NCBI GenBank assembly: GCA_963820825.1
Contig: CAWGBN010000006.1
Span: 659,670 to 723,669, forward strand
Origin: Vulcanimicrobiota bacterium
GTDB taxonomy: Bacteria > Vulcanimicrobiota > Vulcanimicrobiia > Vulcanimicrobiales > Vulcanimicrobiaceae
Direction: 5' to 3'
Length of the DNA: 64,000 bases
The notes beneath the pieces are model-generated. The model worked only from the letters and a program-made list of their open reading frames with translations. It did not search any database and was not told the DNA's origin. A program made the translations under genes and the position numbers. This document shows, one piece after another, positions 48,217-59,700 of the stretch (within the stretch, counting starts at the first letter, position 1; each line of letters starts with the position of its first letter).

Positions 48217-49352
48217 AACCGGTCGAAACCATCGGCGTGATCGGCGGAGGGCAGCTCGGCCGGATGTTCGCGCTCGATGCCAAACGTATGGGTTACAACG
48301 TCATCACGCTCGATCCGCAGGAGCACTCCCCCTGCGGGCAGGTCGCGGACGAACAGATCGTCGCCTCGTACGACGATCTCACCGCGATCGAAGAGCTCGG
48401 CCGGCGCAGCGACGTGATCACCTACGAGTTCGAGAACATCGACATCGGCTCGGTCCGTCATCTCGAGCAGCTTGCATATCGCGTTACCCCATCGAGCAGC
48501 GTTCTGCACGTCACCCAGAATCGGTTGTTGGAGAAGCGCTTCGCGCGCGATGCCGGAATCGCCACGACGGAGTTCGCGCACGTCTGCAATGCGGCCGATC
48601 TCGCCGCCGCCGCCGAGCGGATCGGCTTTCCGGCCGTCCTGAAGACCGTGCGCGGCGGATACGACGGAAAGGGCCAATGGCGCGCAGACTCGCTCGAATC
48701 GGCGCGCGAGGCGCTCGAAGCAGCGATTGGCGCGGAGCTGATCTACGAGGCCTTCGTTCCGCTTGCGTGCGAGGTGAGCGTCATCGCGACGCGCAACGCG
48801 CACGACGTCATCGTCACCTATCCGGTGGCCGAGAACGCTCACGACCATGGAATTCTGACGATGACGATCGCGCCGGCCCGCGTCGACGAAGGTACGGCGC
48901 AAGCCGCCCGCGAGGTCGCCGCAACCGTCGGACGCGGGTTGCGCATCGTCGGAACGTACTGCGTCGAGTTCTTTCTCTCGACCGACGGCAGGCTGCTGCT
49001 CAACGAGGTCGCGCCGCGACCGCACAATAGCGGACACTACACCATCGACGTTACGCCCTGTTCGCAGTACGAACAACACGTGCGCGCGATCTGCGAGCTT
49101 CCGCTCGCGCCGCCGCGGCTGCTGGCCAACGCGATCATGATCAACGTGCTCGGCGAGGGAACGGGCGATCATCTCGCCGGAATCGGCGACCTCTTAAGCG
49201 ATCCATCGATCGTGCTGCACGTCTACGGAAAGCGCCACGCGGTCGCGCGGCGGAAGATGGGCCATTTCACCATGCTCGTCGACGGACCGGTCGACGAGCG
49301 CGCGATCGCGCGCGCGAAGCAAGCGCGCGAGAAACTGAAGTGGGTGGCATGA
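48213..49352 (+). CDS. purK: N5-CAIR synthase
   Basis: GGGQLGRM, TYEFENI, GGYDGKGQ, NEVAPRPHNSGH, RKMGH. Confidence 0.95.
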   Translation: MKPVETIGVIGGGQLGRMFALDAKRMGYNVITLDPQEHSPCGQVADEQIVASYDDLTAIEELGRRSDVITYEFENIDIGSVRHLEQLAYRVTPSSSVLHVTQNRLLEKRFARDAGIATTEFAHVCNAADLAAAAERIGFPAVLKTVRGGYDGKGQWRADSLESAREALEAAIGAELIYEAFVPLACEVSVIATRNAHDVIVTYPVAENAHDHGILTMTIAPARVDEGTAQAAREVAATVGRGLRIVGTYCVEFFLSTDGRLLLNEVAPRPHNSGHYTIDVTPCSQYEQHVRAICELPLAPPRLLANAIMINVLGEGTGDHLAGIGDLLSDPSIVLHVYGKRHAVARRKMGHFTMLVDGPVDERAIARAKQAREKLKWVA

Positions 49353-49993
49353 CCCTGCTTTCGGACAACGTCTTCTACGTCTTCGTCACGCTGCTTGCAA
49401 TGCTCAATCCGATCGAAGCGGCGGCCGCATTCGCCACGCTGACCGAAGGACGGTCGGCGAAGGAGCAGGCGCAGATCGCCAAGCGCGCATCGATCGTTGC
49501 CGCGATCGCGCTCATTGCCTTCGGGTTTGCGGGCGAGGCGCTGCTCGGCGCGCTCGGCGTGGAGATCGGTGCCTTCAAGATTGCCGGCGGCTTGCTCTTG
49601 CTCAAAGTCGGCTTCGACATGGTCTTTGCCGAACGGACCGACCGGCAGACGGCCGATAGCGCGAAGGCAAGCGTCGGCCCCACAACCGATCCGTCGGTAT
49701 TTCCGCTCGCGATTCCGATCATCACCGGTCCTGGCGCGCTCACCGCGGCAGTCGCGCTGGTCAATCCCACCGACCGCGGGCACTACGCCAATGCGGCTAT
49801 CTTTGTCGTCGTCGCGCTCGTCGTCGTCGCCATCACCTACGTCTTCATGCGCGGATCGCAGAAGCTCACGGCGTGGTTCGGCGCAACCGGGATCGATGCG
49901 GTCGGGCGAATCGTCGGAATCATCGTGGCCGCGATTGCGGTGCAGCTCGTGGTCAACGGCGTGAACGGATTGACGAACCTCAAACTGCACTAG
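49349..49993 (+). CDS. MarC family membrane protein
   Basis: NPI, IAGGLLL, FPLAIPIITGPG. Confidence 0.9.
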   Translation: MTLLSDNVFYVFVTLLAMLNPIEAAAAFATLTEGRSAKEQAQIAKRASIVAAIALIAFGFAGEALLGALGVEIGAFKIAGGLLLLKVGFDMVFAERTDRQTADSAKASVGPTTDPSVFPLAIPIITGPGALTAAVALVNPTDRGHYANAAIFVVVALVVVAITYVFMRGSQKLTAWFGATGIDAVGRIVGIIVAAIAVQLVVNGVNGLTNLKLH

Positions 49994-50030
49994 AGGGCAG
50001 CGCCGCGGGGGGCTGCGAAGATTGGAGACC

Positions 50031-51179
50031 ATGATCGTTCGAGCCGGAATCCTATATGACGGCACGCTGGAGCCGCCCAAAGATCGCGTCGACCTCGTGA
50101 TCGACCAAGGCCGCATCGCGGAGATTCGCGCGGCGAGCGGCGAGTTCGATCTCGAAGCGGCGTGCGTCACACCGGGCCTGGTGAACGCGCACGCGCATCT
50201 CGAGGGAAGCGGCGAGCCCGACATGATGGGTATGATTCAGACGACGACGCCGAATCAGCGCATGCTGCGCGCGGTCGAGAACGCTCGTAAATCGATCAAA
50301 GCCGGTGTCACGACCATTCGCGACGTGGGTTCTTCGAATCTCATCGCGCCCGACGTTCGCGACGCGATCGAAGAAGGGCGCATTCCCGGTCCGAGGATGC
50401 GCGCGGCGGGCGCGGTGCTCTGCATGACCGGCGGCCACGGCTGGCCGATCGGGCGCGCGGTCGATTCGCCGTGGGACGCGCGCAAAGCGGTGCGCGAACA
50501 GATGTGGGGCGGCGCCGACTGCATCAAGATGATCGCGACCGGCGGAGTAATGACCAAAGGCGCGGTGCCCGGCAACGCGCAGCTCACCTTCGACGAGCTG
50601 GCCGCGGCGATCGACGAAGCGCACCGCCACGGGTTGCGGGTCGCGGCGCACGCAATCGGGACGCAGGGCATCAAGAACGCGCTTCGCGCGGGCATCGACT
50701 CGATCGAACACGGCACGATGCTCGACGACGAGGCGATCGCGCTCTTCAAGGAACGCAACGTCTTCCTCGTGCCCACGCTGAGCGCGCCGACCTGCATTCT
50801 CGCCCACCTGGAGGACGGACATCAGCCGAAATACGTCGTCGAGAAAGCGCGTGGCCTCAGCGATGCGATGCTCTCGAACATTCGCAAGGCCTACGAAAGC
50901 GGCGTTCGCATCGCCGGCGGCTCCGATGCCGGCACGCCGTACAACTACCACGAAAACTACGCGCAGGAGGCCGAGCTCATGTGGGCGCTGCTCGGCATGA
51001 CGCCGCAACAGGCGCTGCACGCCGCGACAAACGCTGCCGCCGAGCTCGTCGGTCTCCATCGTGGGATCCTTGCGATCGGCGAGCCCGCCGATCTGCTGCT
51101 CTTGCCGCGCGACGTAGGCGACGACGTACGTGCGCTGCGCGAACCGCAGAGGGTCATCAAGAACGGCGCGATTCAATAA
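50031..51179 (+). CDS. Metal-dependent amidohydrolase (prolidase-like)
   Basis: PGLVNAHAH, TGGHG, AAHA, IEHG, GSDAG. Confidence 0.9.
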   Translation: MIVRAGILYDGTLEPPKDRVDLVIDQGRIAEIRAASGEFDLEAACVTPGLVNAHAHLEGSGEPDMMGMIQTTTPNQRMLRAVENARKSIKAGVTTIRDVGSSNLIAPDVRDAIEEGRIPGPRMRAAGAVLCMTGGHGWPIGRAVDSPWDARKAVREQMWGGADCIKMIATGGVMTKGAVPGNAQLTFDELAAAIDEAHRHGLRVAAHAIGTQGIKNALRAGIDSIEHGTMLDDEAIALFKERNVFLVPTLSAPTCILAHLEDGHQPKYVVEKARGLSDAMLSNIRKAYESGVRIAGGSDAGTPYNYHENYAQEAELMWALLGMTPQQALHAATNAAAELVGLHRGILAIGEPADLLLLPRDVGDDVRALREPQRVIKNGAIQ

Positions 51180-51180
51180 C

Positions 51181-52593
51181 GTGCGCGCTCTCGTGCTCGG
51201 CGGCATCGTCGTTCTTGCCGGCGTGCCGGCAACGGTGCTCGGCGGAATCGCGGCTGGGCCGGGCGCGAACGCGACGCTGCTCGGCCAACCCGTAACCGGC
51301 AGCCCGATCCGGCACGTCATCGTCCTGGTACAGGAGAATCGCTCCTTTGACAACCTCTTCGCGTCGTCGGCCCTTGCCGACGGCGGACCCTATCCGGGCG
51401 CGGAGACGTCGCAGACCGCAACGGTCGACGGCAGCGCCGTTGCCTTGAAATCCGTTCCATTTGAATATCCGGCCGATCCGCGCCATTCGCACGCGGCGCT
51501 CTTAGCGGAATGGAACGGCGGGCGGATGGACGGTTTTGCGAACGATGAAGTCTATGCGCCCTTCGGGTTTGCCCGCCCCGACGCGGACTTCACCTACGCC
51601 TTCGTCCCGGCATCGGAGACGCGGATCTATCACCTCCTCGCGGCGCGTTACGCGCTCGCCGACCGCAACTTTGCGCCGCGGCTCGTGCCGACGTTCGCAA
51701 GCCACTATACTTTGGCGACGGCGCAGAGCCGGATTGCCGGAAATCCGGATTCGTCGATCTGGGGATGTGACGCGCGCCTGTCGGCGCGCGTTCTCGTCTT
51801 CGGCGCCGGCGAGACGACGATCAAGCCCGGGGTCTTTCCCTGTTTCGAGCAGACGACGATCGCCGATCTCCTCGATAACGCGCACGTTAACTGGAGGTAT
51901 TACACTGGATCGTACGCTTCGGTCACCGACGAGGCCGTCAATATCTACGAGGCCTTTCGCAAGATTCGCTACGGCGCGGATTGGCACAACGTGGTCACCC
52001 CGTCTGGGCGCATCCTCACCGATATCGCGAGCTGCCGGTTGCCCTCGGTCGCGTTCGTCATGCCGAACCGCATGGATTCCGATCACGCCGGCAGCCTGAG
52101 CGCCGCCGGCCCCGGCTGGGTGGGATCGATTTATCTAGCGCTCGTGCGAAGCACGCACGCCGCGCCGAGCTGCAACTACTACCGGGACAGCGCGATGCTC
52201 CTGACTTGGGACGACCCGGGGGGCTGGTACGATCACGTCCCGCCACCCGCCGGTCCCGACGGAACGACGTGGGGCTTTCGCCTTCCGATCGTTGCGATCT
52301 CTGCATGGGCGCGTTCGAACTACGTTCCCGCCCGTCCGCACGCGCTGCCCTACGTTTCGCACACGGTGCGCGAGTCGACGGCGATCGTAAAGTTCATCGA
52401 GAGGAACTGGGCCTTGGGAAACATGGGCCAGCGCGACGTTACCGACGACGATCTCAGCGACATGTTCGATTACACGCGCGCCACGCCGGTACCGCCGCTT
52501 TCGGAAGCCTCGATCGAAAAGATGATTCGAATGACGCACTTTCAACTCGCCGTCGCCCAGCGCGACTCGCGTCTCGTGGACGACGATCGCTAG
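51181..52593 (+). CDS. Phosphoesterase / phospholipase C family, exported
   Basis: QENRSFDNLF, TWDDPGGWYDHVPPP, GFRLP. Confidence 0.88.
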   Translation: MRALVLGGIVVLAGVPATVLGGIAAGPGANATLLGQPVTGSPIRHVIVLVQENRSFDNLFASSALADGGPYPGAETSQTATVDGSAVALKSVPFEYPADPRHSHAALLAEWNGGRMDGFANDEVYAPFGFARPDADFTYAFVPASETRIYHLLAARYALADRNFAPRLVPTFASHYTLATAQSRIAGNPDSSIWGCDARLSARVLVFGAGETTIKPGVFPCFEQTTIADLLDNAHVNWRYYTGSYASVTDEAVNIYEAFRKIRYGADWHNVVTPSGRILTDIASCRLPSVAFVMPNRMDSDHAGSLSAAGPGWVGSIYLALVRSTHAAPSCNYYRDSAMLLTWDDPGGWYDHVPPPAGPDGTTWGFRLPIVAISAWARSNYVPARPHALPYVSHTVRESTAIVKFIERNWALGNMGQRDVTDDDLSDMFDYTRATPVPPLSEASIEKMIRMTHFQLAVAQRDSRLVDDDR

Positions 52594-53732
52594 TGGACCT
52601 CAAAGGACTGCGGCTTGCGGTGCTGGGCGCGATCTCGTGGCCCGCGCCGCCGCCGGGCTACGGACCTTGGGAGCAGATCGCGTTCAACGTCGCCGACGGA
52701 ATGCGCCGGCGCGGTCTCGACGTCACGCTCTTCGCCACCGGCAATTCGCACTTCGACGGCAAGCTCGTCTCGGTCGTGCCGATCGGACTGAACGAGGACC
52801 CGGCGCTCGACGGCGAAGTCTTCACCGCGCTGCACGTCGGCGAACTCTTTCGCCGAGCGCGCGAGTTCGATTTGATCAACAATCATCTCGATTGGAAGCC
52901 GCTGACCTACGCGCTGGGCTCGGAATCTCCGCCGATGCTCACGACGATCCACGGTTTCTCGACGCCGCAGATCCTGGCGGCATACTATGCCGCGGCCGGA
53001 CGCAGCTTCTACAGTTCGATCTCGGATGCCGATCGCGATCCGGGGCTAGACTACGTGGCGACGACCTACAACGGCATCGATCCCGGGCAGTTCACCTTTA
53101 GTGCGACGCCGGGCGAGTATCTCTGCTTCTTAGGACGCTTTCACCCCGAGAAGGGGACGCATCTCGCAATCGAGATCGCCAAGCGCGCCGGCGTGCGCTT
53201 GAAGATCGCAGCGATTCCGCAAGACGAAGCCTACTTCACCGAATGCGTCGCGCCGCACATCGACGGCGACCGGGTGCAGTTTCTCGGCGCCGTCGAGCGC
53301 GAAGCGCGTAACGAGCTGCTTGCCGGTGCGCTCGCGCTCGTGCATATGACGACGCGCCCCGAGCGGTTCGGCCTTGCGACGATCGAAGCGATGGCCTGCG
53401 GAACGCCGGTGCTCGCCGCGCGCATGGGCTCGATGCCGGAGATCGTCGCCGACGGCGTGACCGGCTTTCTCTGCGATAGCGTCGACGATGCCGTCGCAAA
53501 GGTACCGCTCCTCGCCGAGCTCGATCGCGCCGCATGCCGCGCGCTCGTCGAGCGCGAGTTCAGCACCGAACGGATGATCGACCGGTATCTCGACGCGTAC
53601 GCGCAGGTCGTCGAGCAGCGCCTTCCATCGCCGCCGAGCGAGGAGCGCCTGCGCGCGCGCCGTCACGATTGGTGGGACCGGCCGATGGCGTACACGCATA
53701 TTCCGCCCAAACCGCGGAGCCTCGGATTCTAA
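52593..53732 (+). CDS. Glycosyltransferase family 4
   Basis: PPPGYG, GRFHPEKG, ERFGLATIEAMACGTPV. Confidence 0.92.
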   Translation: MDLKGLRLAVLGAISWPAPPPGYGPWEQIAFNVADGMRRRGLDVTLFATGNSHFDGKLVSVVPIGLNEDPALDGEVFTALHVGELFRRAREFDLINNHLDWKPLTYALGSESPPMLTTIHGFSTPQILAAYYAAAGRSFYSSISDADRDPGLDYVATTYNGIDPGQFTFSATPGEYLCFLGRFHPEKGTHLAIEIAKRAGVRLKIAAIPQDEAYFTECVAPHIDGDRVQFLGAVEREARNELLAGALALVHMTTRPERFGLATIEAMACGTPVLAARMGSMPEIVADGVTGFLCDSVDDAVAKVPLLAELDRAACRALVEREFSTERMIDRYLDAYAQVVEQRLPSPPSEERLRARRHDWWDRPMAYTHIPPKPRSLGF

Positions 53733-54145
53733 TGGCGCAGCGGGTCGAACGCGACTACTCCGGGCGCTCGCTCTTCGATAAGCTCGGCGTCGTCGCCCAA
53801 GCGCACGTAGCGCTCGTGGGAGTTCACGACGAATCGTTTGAGCTAACGCTCGACGCACGCCTCGCCAAAGCCGCATCGCGTGCGCTGCGCACGGAGTACG
53901 ATCTGATCTTCTTGAAGGTCCATTCGCCCCGCGACCTCGCCCGAGTCGCCGCCGCAGCCGCTCATCTCAAGCCCAGCGGCGCGTTATGGATCTTTCATCC
54001 CAAGGGACGCGACGCGTCGCCAAACGATGGCGAAGTGCGTTCGTCGGGCATCGCCGCCGGCTTGGTCGACAACAAGATTAGCGCCTACAGCGATTCCCAC
54101 ACCGCAACGCGTTTCGTCATCCCGCTCGCTCGTCGCTCGCACTAG
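53732..54145 (+). CDS. DUF3052-like protein
   Basis: YSGRSLFDKLG, LWIFHPK, AGLVDNK. Confidence 0.7.
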   Translation: MAQRVERDYSGRSLFDKLGVVAQAHVALVGVHDESFELTLDARLAKAASRALRTEYDLIFLKVHSPRDLARVAAAAAHLKPSGALWIFHPKGRDASPNDGEVRSSGIAAGLVDNKISAYSDSHTATRFVIPLARRSH

Positions 54146-54181
54146 CGAAGCGGTGGTGTGTTGTGAGGCCACTGGGGTGAC

Positions 54182-55108
54182 CTACATCCACGCGATCGAT
54201 GCGGCGGCTGACGCCTCCATTGCCTGATAGGCTTTGCTCGTCAGCGCGTGATCGACGACACCGGAGATGAACCGCGAGGCGGCGCGTACTCTATCGAGAT
54301 CGACGCCGGTCTCGATGCCCATTTGGTGCAGCAGATAGAGGACGTCTTCGGTGCCGACGTTGCCGGTCGCACCGGGCGCGTACGGACAGCCGCCGAGTCC
54401 GCCTGAGGAGGCGTCGAACTTCGATATGCCGAGCTGCAGCGCGGCGTAAACGTTCGCGAGCGCCGTCCCCCGCGTGTCGTGAAAGTGCATCGCGATCGAC
54501 TCGAGGGGAATTCTCTCGGCGAGCAAAGGCACGAGCGCGGCGACTTGACTCGGCACGCCGACGCCGATCGTATCGCCGATCGACAGCTCGTCGCAGCCCA
54601 TCTCGATCAGCTTGAGGCTGACGTCGAGCACCATCCGCGGAGTGACGTCGTCGCCGAACGGCGAGCCGAACGCGGTCGAGACGTAGCCGCGCACCCAGCA
54701 TTCGTCGCGCTTGGCCCGATGCACGACGTCGCGAAAGGTCGCGAGCGACTCGTCGATGGTCATGTTGATGTTGCGTTTGGTGAAGCGCTCCGACGCGGCG
54801 GTAAAGACGGCGATCGCGTCGGCGCCGGCGGCGCGCGCGCGCTCGTAGCCTTTGACGTTCGGCACCAACACCGGATAGCGCACGCCCGGCGCCTTTTGAA
54901 TCCGCGCGAAGACCTCGGCGGCGTCGGCGAGTTGGGGAATCGCCTTTGGGCTGACGAACGAAGTCGCCTCGATCCACTGCAAACCCGTCTCGGAGAGCAG
55001 GTCGATATATCGTACCTTGTCGTCGGTCGAGATCAGCGCGCGCTCGTTCTGCAGACCGTCACGCGCGCCCATCTCAAAGATCGTGACTCGTTGCGGCAGG
55101 GTGCCCAT
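54182..55108 (-). CDS. hmgL: Hydroxymethylglutaryl-CoA lyase
   Basis: RDGLQNE, HFHDTRG, GGLGGCPYAPGATGN. Confidence 0.93.
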   Translation of the reverse strand: MGTLPQRVTIFEMGARDGLQNERALISTDDKVRYIDLLSETGLQWIEATSFVSPKAIPQLADAAEVFARIQKAPGVRYPVLVPNVKGYERARAAGADAIAVFTAASERFTKRNINMTIDESLATFRDVVHRAKRDECWVRGYVSTAFGSPFGDDVTPRMVLDVSLKLIEMGCDELSIGDTIGVGVPSQVAALVPLLAERIPLESIAMHFHDTRGTALANVYAALQLGISKFDASSGGLGGCPYAPGATGNVGTEDVLYLLHQMGIETGVDLDRVRAASRFISGVVDHALTSKAYQAMEASAAASIAWM

Positions 55109-55113
55109 GAGAC

Positions 55114-55720
55114 TTATGACCCCAACTCTGCCAGCGGGGTGCCGCCGGCAACGATCTGACCTTCCTTCACGAGCACGGATTTCACCGTGCCGGCCGCCGG
55201 CGCTTCGATACGATGTTCCATCTTCATCGCTTCGAGTACGATCAAGAGTGCGTGTTCCTCGACCTTCTCCCCGTCCCGGACGGCGACTTTGACGATACGG
55301 CCGGGCATGGGTGCGGTAACGCTGCCGCTCTCCACCGCGCCGTGAGCGCCGCTCGGCGCATCGGTCGAGGGCGGCGCGGCGAACGCAAACGGCCAGGTGC
55401 GTCCGTCGAGATGGACGTTGAACGTGCCGCCGTCGTAGGTGACGGCACCGGCGACGGCCCGATCGTCGAGTCGCGCGTGCACGTTCTTTCCGCGGCGCTG
55501 TGCGTGCAGCGTGCCGCGATGATCGCCCGAGAGCCGCCAGCGGTCCGGCTCGCCGGTAGCATCGGCGAAGATCTCGGCCAAATGCTCGCCGTGCTGCAAG
55601 CGAAGCGGCAAGCCGACGTCGCCGACGCGCCACGGCGCGCGCCCGTCGGCCAGCAGTGCGGCGGCGCAGAGCAGCGTCGCCTCCGCCGGTGGCGCGCGGT
55701 GCGCGAAACAGCCGCTCAGC
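55114..55720 (-). CDS. C-terminal biotinyl part of an acyl-CoA carboxylase alpha subunit (5' part missing at junction)
   Basis: APMPG, LEAMKMEH; upstream of HMG-CoA lyase, so methylcrotonyl-CoA carboxylase-like. Confidence 0.8.
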
Positions 55721-56270
55721 CACGCGATCACCGCCATCAGGATGTTGAGGACCGCCGACTCGAAACAGAGCGCGCGCCAGCCGCCGTGGTCGAGGACCCA
55801 CAGCCCGACCCACGGCGCGATCGCCACGGCGAGGATGCTGGCAAAGCCCGCATAGCCCAGGCCCTCGGCCCGCCGCGACTTCGGCACGATGTCGGTGACG
55901 TAGGCGCTGGACGAAGACAGCAGCCCGGACCAGAACACGCCGTGGATCAGCACGAGGCCGAGGATCAACTTGGTAGCTCGGCGCCACCGCGTAGAGCAGC
56001 GAGAACACCGTGATCGCCAGGCTCGCGGTGATCAGGATGCGGCGCTTGCCGATGCGATCGCCGATCGCGCCGGTGATCGGCGCCGAGATCGCGGACGAGT
56101 AGGTCAGGAAGCCGAGGAACAGCCCGGCCTCGGTGCCCGACCCGCCGAGCGAGAGGATGTGAAACGGCGCGGCCGGCAGCAGCTGAAACGCGGACATGAA
56201 GACCGTGAAGCTGTAGCTGCACATCAGGAAGAAGCGCGGCGTGAACAGGCGATCTTCGGGCCTCAGCCCG
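55721..56270 (-). CDS. N-terminal half of an MFS transporter (frameshifted, truncated at junction)
   Basis: GAIGDRIGKRR motif A; DIVPKSRRAEGLG. Confidence 0.75.
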
Positions 56271-57273
56271 TTATCGGCTCGGACATCGAGGACGATCTTG
56301 CCGATGTGCTCGCTGGACTCCATCAGGCGATGCGCCTCGGCGGCCTGCGCGCAGCGGAAACACGGCGTGGATCGACCGGCGTCACCGTGCGCTGCTCGAG
56401 CAGCGGCCACACGTTGCGCCCGCAGCGCCGCGGCGATGGCGCCCTTCTCCGCCGGCGTGCGCGGCCGCAGCGTCGAGCCGGTGATCGACAGGCGCTTGCG
56501 CATCACCAGCGAGAAGATCGACCTCGGCCTTGCGCGCTCTTGAGGAAGGCGATCTGCACCAGCCGGCCCTCGATCGCCAGCGCGTCGAGGTTGCGCGCGA
56601 TGTAGTCGCCGCCGACCATGTCGAGGATGACGTCGACGCCGCGGCCGTCGGTGGCCGCCTTGGTCAGCGCCGACCAAGTCGTCGGTCGCGGTAGTTGATC
56701 GCCCGCGTCGGCGCCGAGCTCGCGCGCACGCCTCGCACTTCTCGCCGCTGCCGGCCGTCGCGAAGACGCGCGCGCCGCACGCGCGGCGCCAGCTGGATCG
56801 CGGTGGTGCCGATGCCGCTCGTGCCGCCGTGGACCAGGATCGTCTCGCCCGCCTGCAGCCGCCCGCGCTCGAACACGTTGGTCCAGACCGTGAAGAACGT
56901 CTCGGGAAGCGCCGCGGCCTCGATCATCGTGCAGGCCACGCGGCACGGGCAGGCACTGCTCGTGCGGCACGGCGACGCGCTCGGCGTAGCCGCCGCCGGC
57001 GACCAGCGCGCACACCGCGTCGCCGACGCGCCACCGCGGCGACGCCCGGGCCGACGGCCGACGATCGTGCCGGCGACTTCGAGCCCCGGAATGTCGGAGG
57101 CGCCCGGCGGCGGCGGATACTTGCCGAGCCGCTGCATGCACGTCGGGCCGGTTGACGCCGGCGGCCGCCACCTCGATCAGCACCTCGCCCGGCCGCGGCG
57201 ACCGGATCGGGCCGCTCGACCAGGCGCGAGGACCTCGGGCGGACCGAACTGTGGCGATCTCGATGGCGCGCAT
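56271..57273 (-). CDS. NAD(P)H-quinone oxidoreductase, PIG3-like (several indels)
   Basis: AAGVNRPD, GLEVAG, PETFFTVW, HGGTSGIG, HIGKIVL across frames. Confidence 0.8.
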
Positions 57274-57278
57274 GCACT

Positions 57279-58640
57279 TCAGCTCCACGTTCGATCTTCA
57301 GCCCGGACGGCAGGCGCGGCGACGACAGCAGCGCCGCGAACTCGCGCCAGCGCATGTCGGCCGATCGCGGTCTTGCCGGCCTTCTTCGATGTAGTCGCCG
57401 CACCAGATCCTTGCCGAGGTTGTAGTTGATCACGTAGCTGCGGTACTGGTCGATGAACTCGCACGCGCTGCTCGGCGCGCGGCCGCGTGTACATCGCGTA
57501 CCGCTCGAGCCACGCCGCCGGCGGCCGGCGCGATCGATCTCGCCGTTCAGGTAGCGGCGCGCCGCCTCGTTGCCGGCGTACGACAGCCGATCGACCAGCG
57601 CCAGCACCGTCGTAGTACTCCGGCGACCCGCGTCGGGTCGAGCCCGGCCAGCGGGAACAGCACGTCGCGCTCGAACGCCGAGCCGCTCGGCCGGCGGGAA
57701 CGCGACCTCGATGCCGTAGTTCGCCGTGCCCTCGGCGATCAGCGACTGCGGCGAGAACAGCGGATAGACGGTGAACTCGACCCAGCCGCGATCGCGCACC
57801 AGGTGTCTTCTCGAGCAGCACGTTGTAGACGTGATGGCCGGGATAGCCCTCGTGGCACGCCAGATCGATCGCGCGATCGATGTAGATCGGCAGATCGGTG
57901 TTCACCTGGATCAGGCTGTGGTAGTTGCCCTGGTACCAGTTGTAGCCGCTCCACGATCTTGTCGGTGACGTACTCGACCGTGAAGCGTCTCGCTCGGCGG
58001 CAGCGTCGACGTGCGGCAGCGTGCGCTCGCGGCAGCCGCGAATCGCCGCCTTGAACACGCGATCGAGCCGGCTCGGCGGGATGACGAATGCCGTGCTGGA
58101 ACGCGTCGTAGCGCTCGATCAGCGTGCCGCTGCCCGGGCAGCTTCGCGTCGAGCTGCTTCGAGCACGGCCTCGAAGTCCGCCTCGGTGTGCGTCGGCGCC
58201 ACCGCGTCGTAGAGCGCCTGCGACTCCTCGTCGAACGTCATGCTTCTTGCCCTGCAGCATCGCCACGCGCGGCGCGCAGCGCCGCGAGCTGCCGCGCCAG
58301 GTACTGGCGGCGCAGCGCCCACAGCTCCGCATCGCGCCGCCACCGGCGGCGTCGGCCGACGCTCGGCGAAGTCGCGCTGCCAGCGCCGCCGCCTGCTCGT
58401 CGATCGTCGCCAGCGGCATCTTCGCCGCCTCGGCCTCGGTCCGCCACTCCGGCGGACCGTAGAACGCGTCCACGTAGTCGGCATCGTGCTGGCCGACGGC
58501 CAGCACGAGCTTCACGTAGCGCTCGGCGATCGGCTTCAGCGGATCGCCAGTCGGCGTCTGCCCGCGTCAGCATGATCGGCACCGCCAGCAGATGCGCCAC
58601 GCCGCCGGACAGCTTTCTGAACCGCGTCAGAACCGTTCAG
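57279..58640 (-). CDS. Hypothetical protein with HExxPGHH motif (DUF885-like; several indels)
   Basis: ACHEGYPGHH, AEGTANY, SYVINY across frames; ends approximate. Confidence 0.65.
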
Positions 58641-59700
58641 CACCTTCGCTGCGCCTTCATGTCGCATAGCGCTGCCCGAATCGTCGGAATCAGGTATTCG
58701 CGAAACGCGCGCTCGAAGTCGTACGCCGGCGCGAAGCCCCAGTCGCGGCGCGCGGCCGAGTCGTCCACGTCCGCCGGCCACGAATCGACGATGCCCTGGC
58801 GCTTGACGTCGGTCTGCCAGGTGATGTCGCGCGCCGGGAAACGCGCGCGACGACCTCGTCGCGGATCTCTTCGGCCGACGGGTTGAACGCCGCCGAGGTT
58901 GTAGGCCGTGCGCGTCAGCGCGCTCGCGCGGCGCCGCGGCCAGCGTCAGCAGCGCCTCGACGCCGTCGGGCATCGCCATGAACGGAATGCGCGTGTCGGG
59001 CCGCACGAAGCAGGCGTACGGCTCGCCCTTGCGCCGCGGCGTGAATCATCTCCGGCGCGTAGTCGGACGTGCCGCCCGACGGCACGGTCACCGCCGAGAT
59101 CAGGCCCGGGAAGCGCACGCAGCGGAAGTCGACGCGGCCCGACTGCGGCTCGGCCGCGAGCTGCTTGTAGTGCCGCGCGTAGTAGCGGCCCGAGCTGCTC
59201 GCAGTACAGCTTGTTGCAGCCGTACATCGTCGTCGGCGTGTTGCAGTCGTCTTCGCTGCACGCGGCCGGCGCGCGCGCTTGGTCTCGAGGTCGGGCAGGC
59301 CGTAGGCGGCAATCGACGAGGGATAGACGAACGACGACCGGCCGGCCGTGCGACTCGCGCTTCGCGCTGCGCGAACTCGAGCAGGTTGAGCGTGCCCTCG
59401 ACGTTGACCTGGTGCGCGGTGATCGGCGTGAACTCGGAGCGCGTCGAGAGCAGCGCCGCCAGGTGGAAGACGGGGTCGACCTCGAACTCGGCCAGGATGC
59501 GCTCGAGCAGCGCGCTTGTCGATGATCGAGCCGGTGAACTCGCGCTGCACCATCGGCGCCAGCGACGGCTCGAGCGGGTTGACGTCGAGCGTGACGACCG
59601 GCTGCTTGCCGGCCCTGGCGAGGTGCGCGATCAGGCCGTGGCCGATTTCGCCGCCGGCGCCGGTGATGAGGACGACCGGCTTGCGAATCACTACGACTCT
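58640..59700 (-). CDS. NAD-dependent epimerase/dehydratase (threonine dehydrogenase-like; several indels)
   Basis: [27 protein letters not shown]; ends approximate. Confidence 0.75.

Noticed and set aside
46512..49352. 886-aa and 803-aa overlapping antisense ORFs
   Set aside because: These are GC-rich shadow extensions. The real genes are the glycoside hydrolase (to 47684), purE and purK.
54182..56677. 831-aa HMG-CoA lyase fusion ORF
   Set aside because: The frame runs through frameshifted, chimeric sequence. The lyase starts at 55108.
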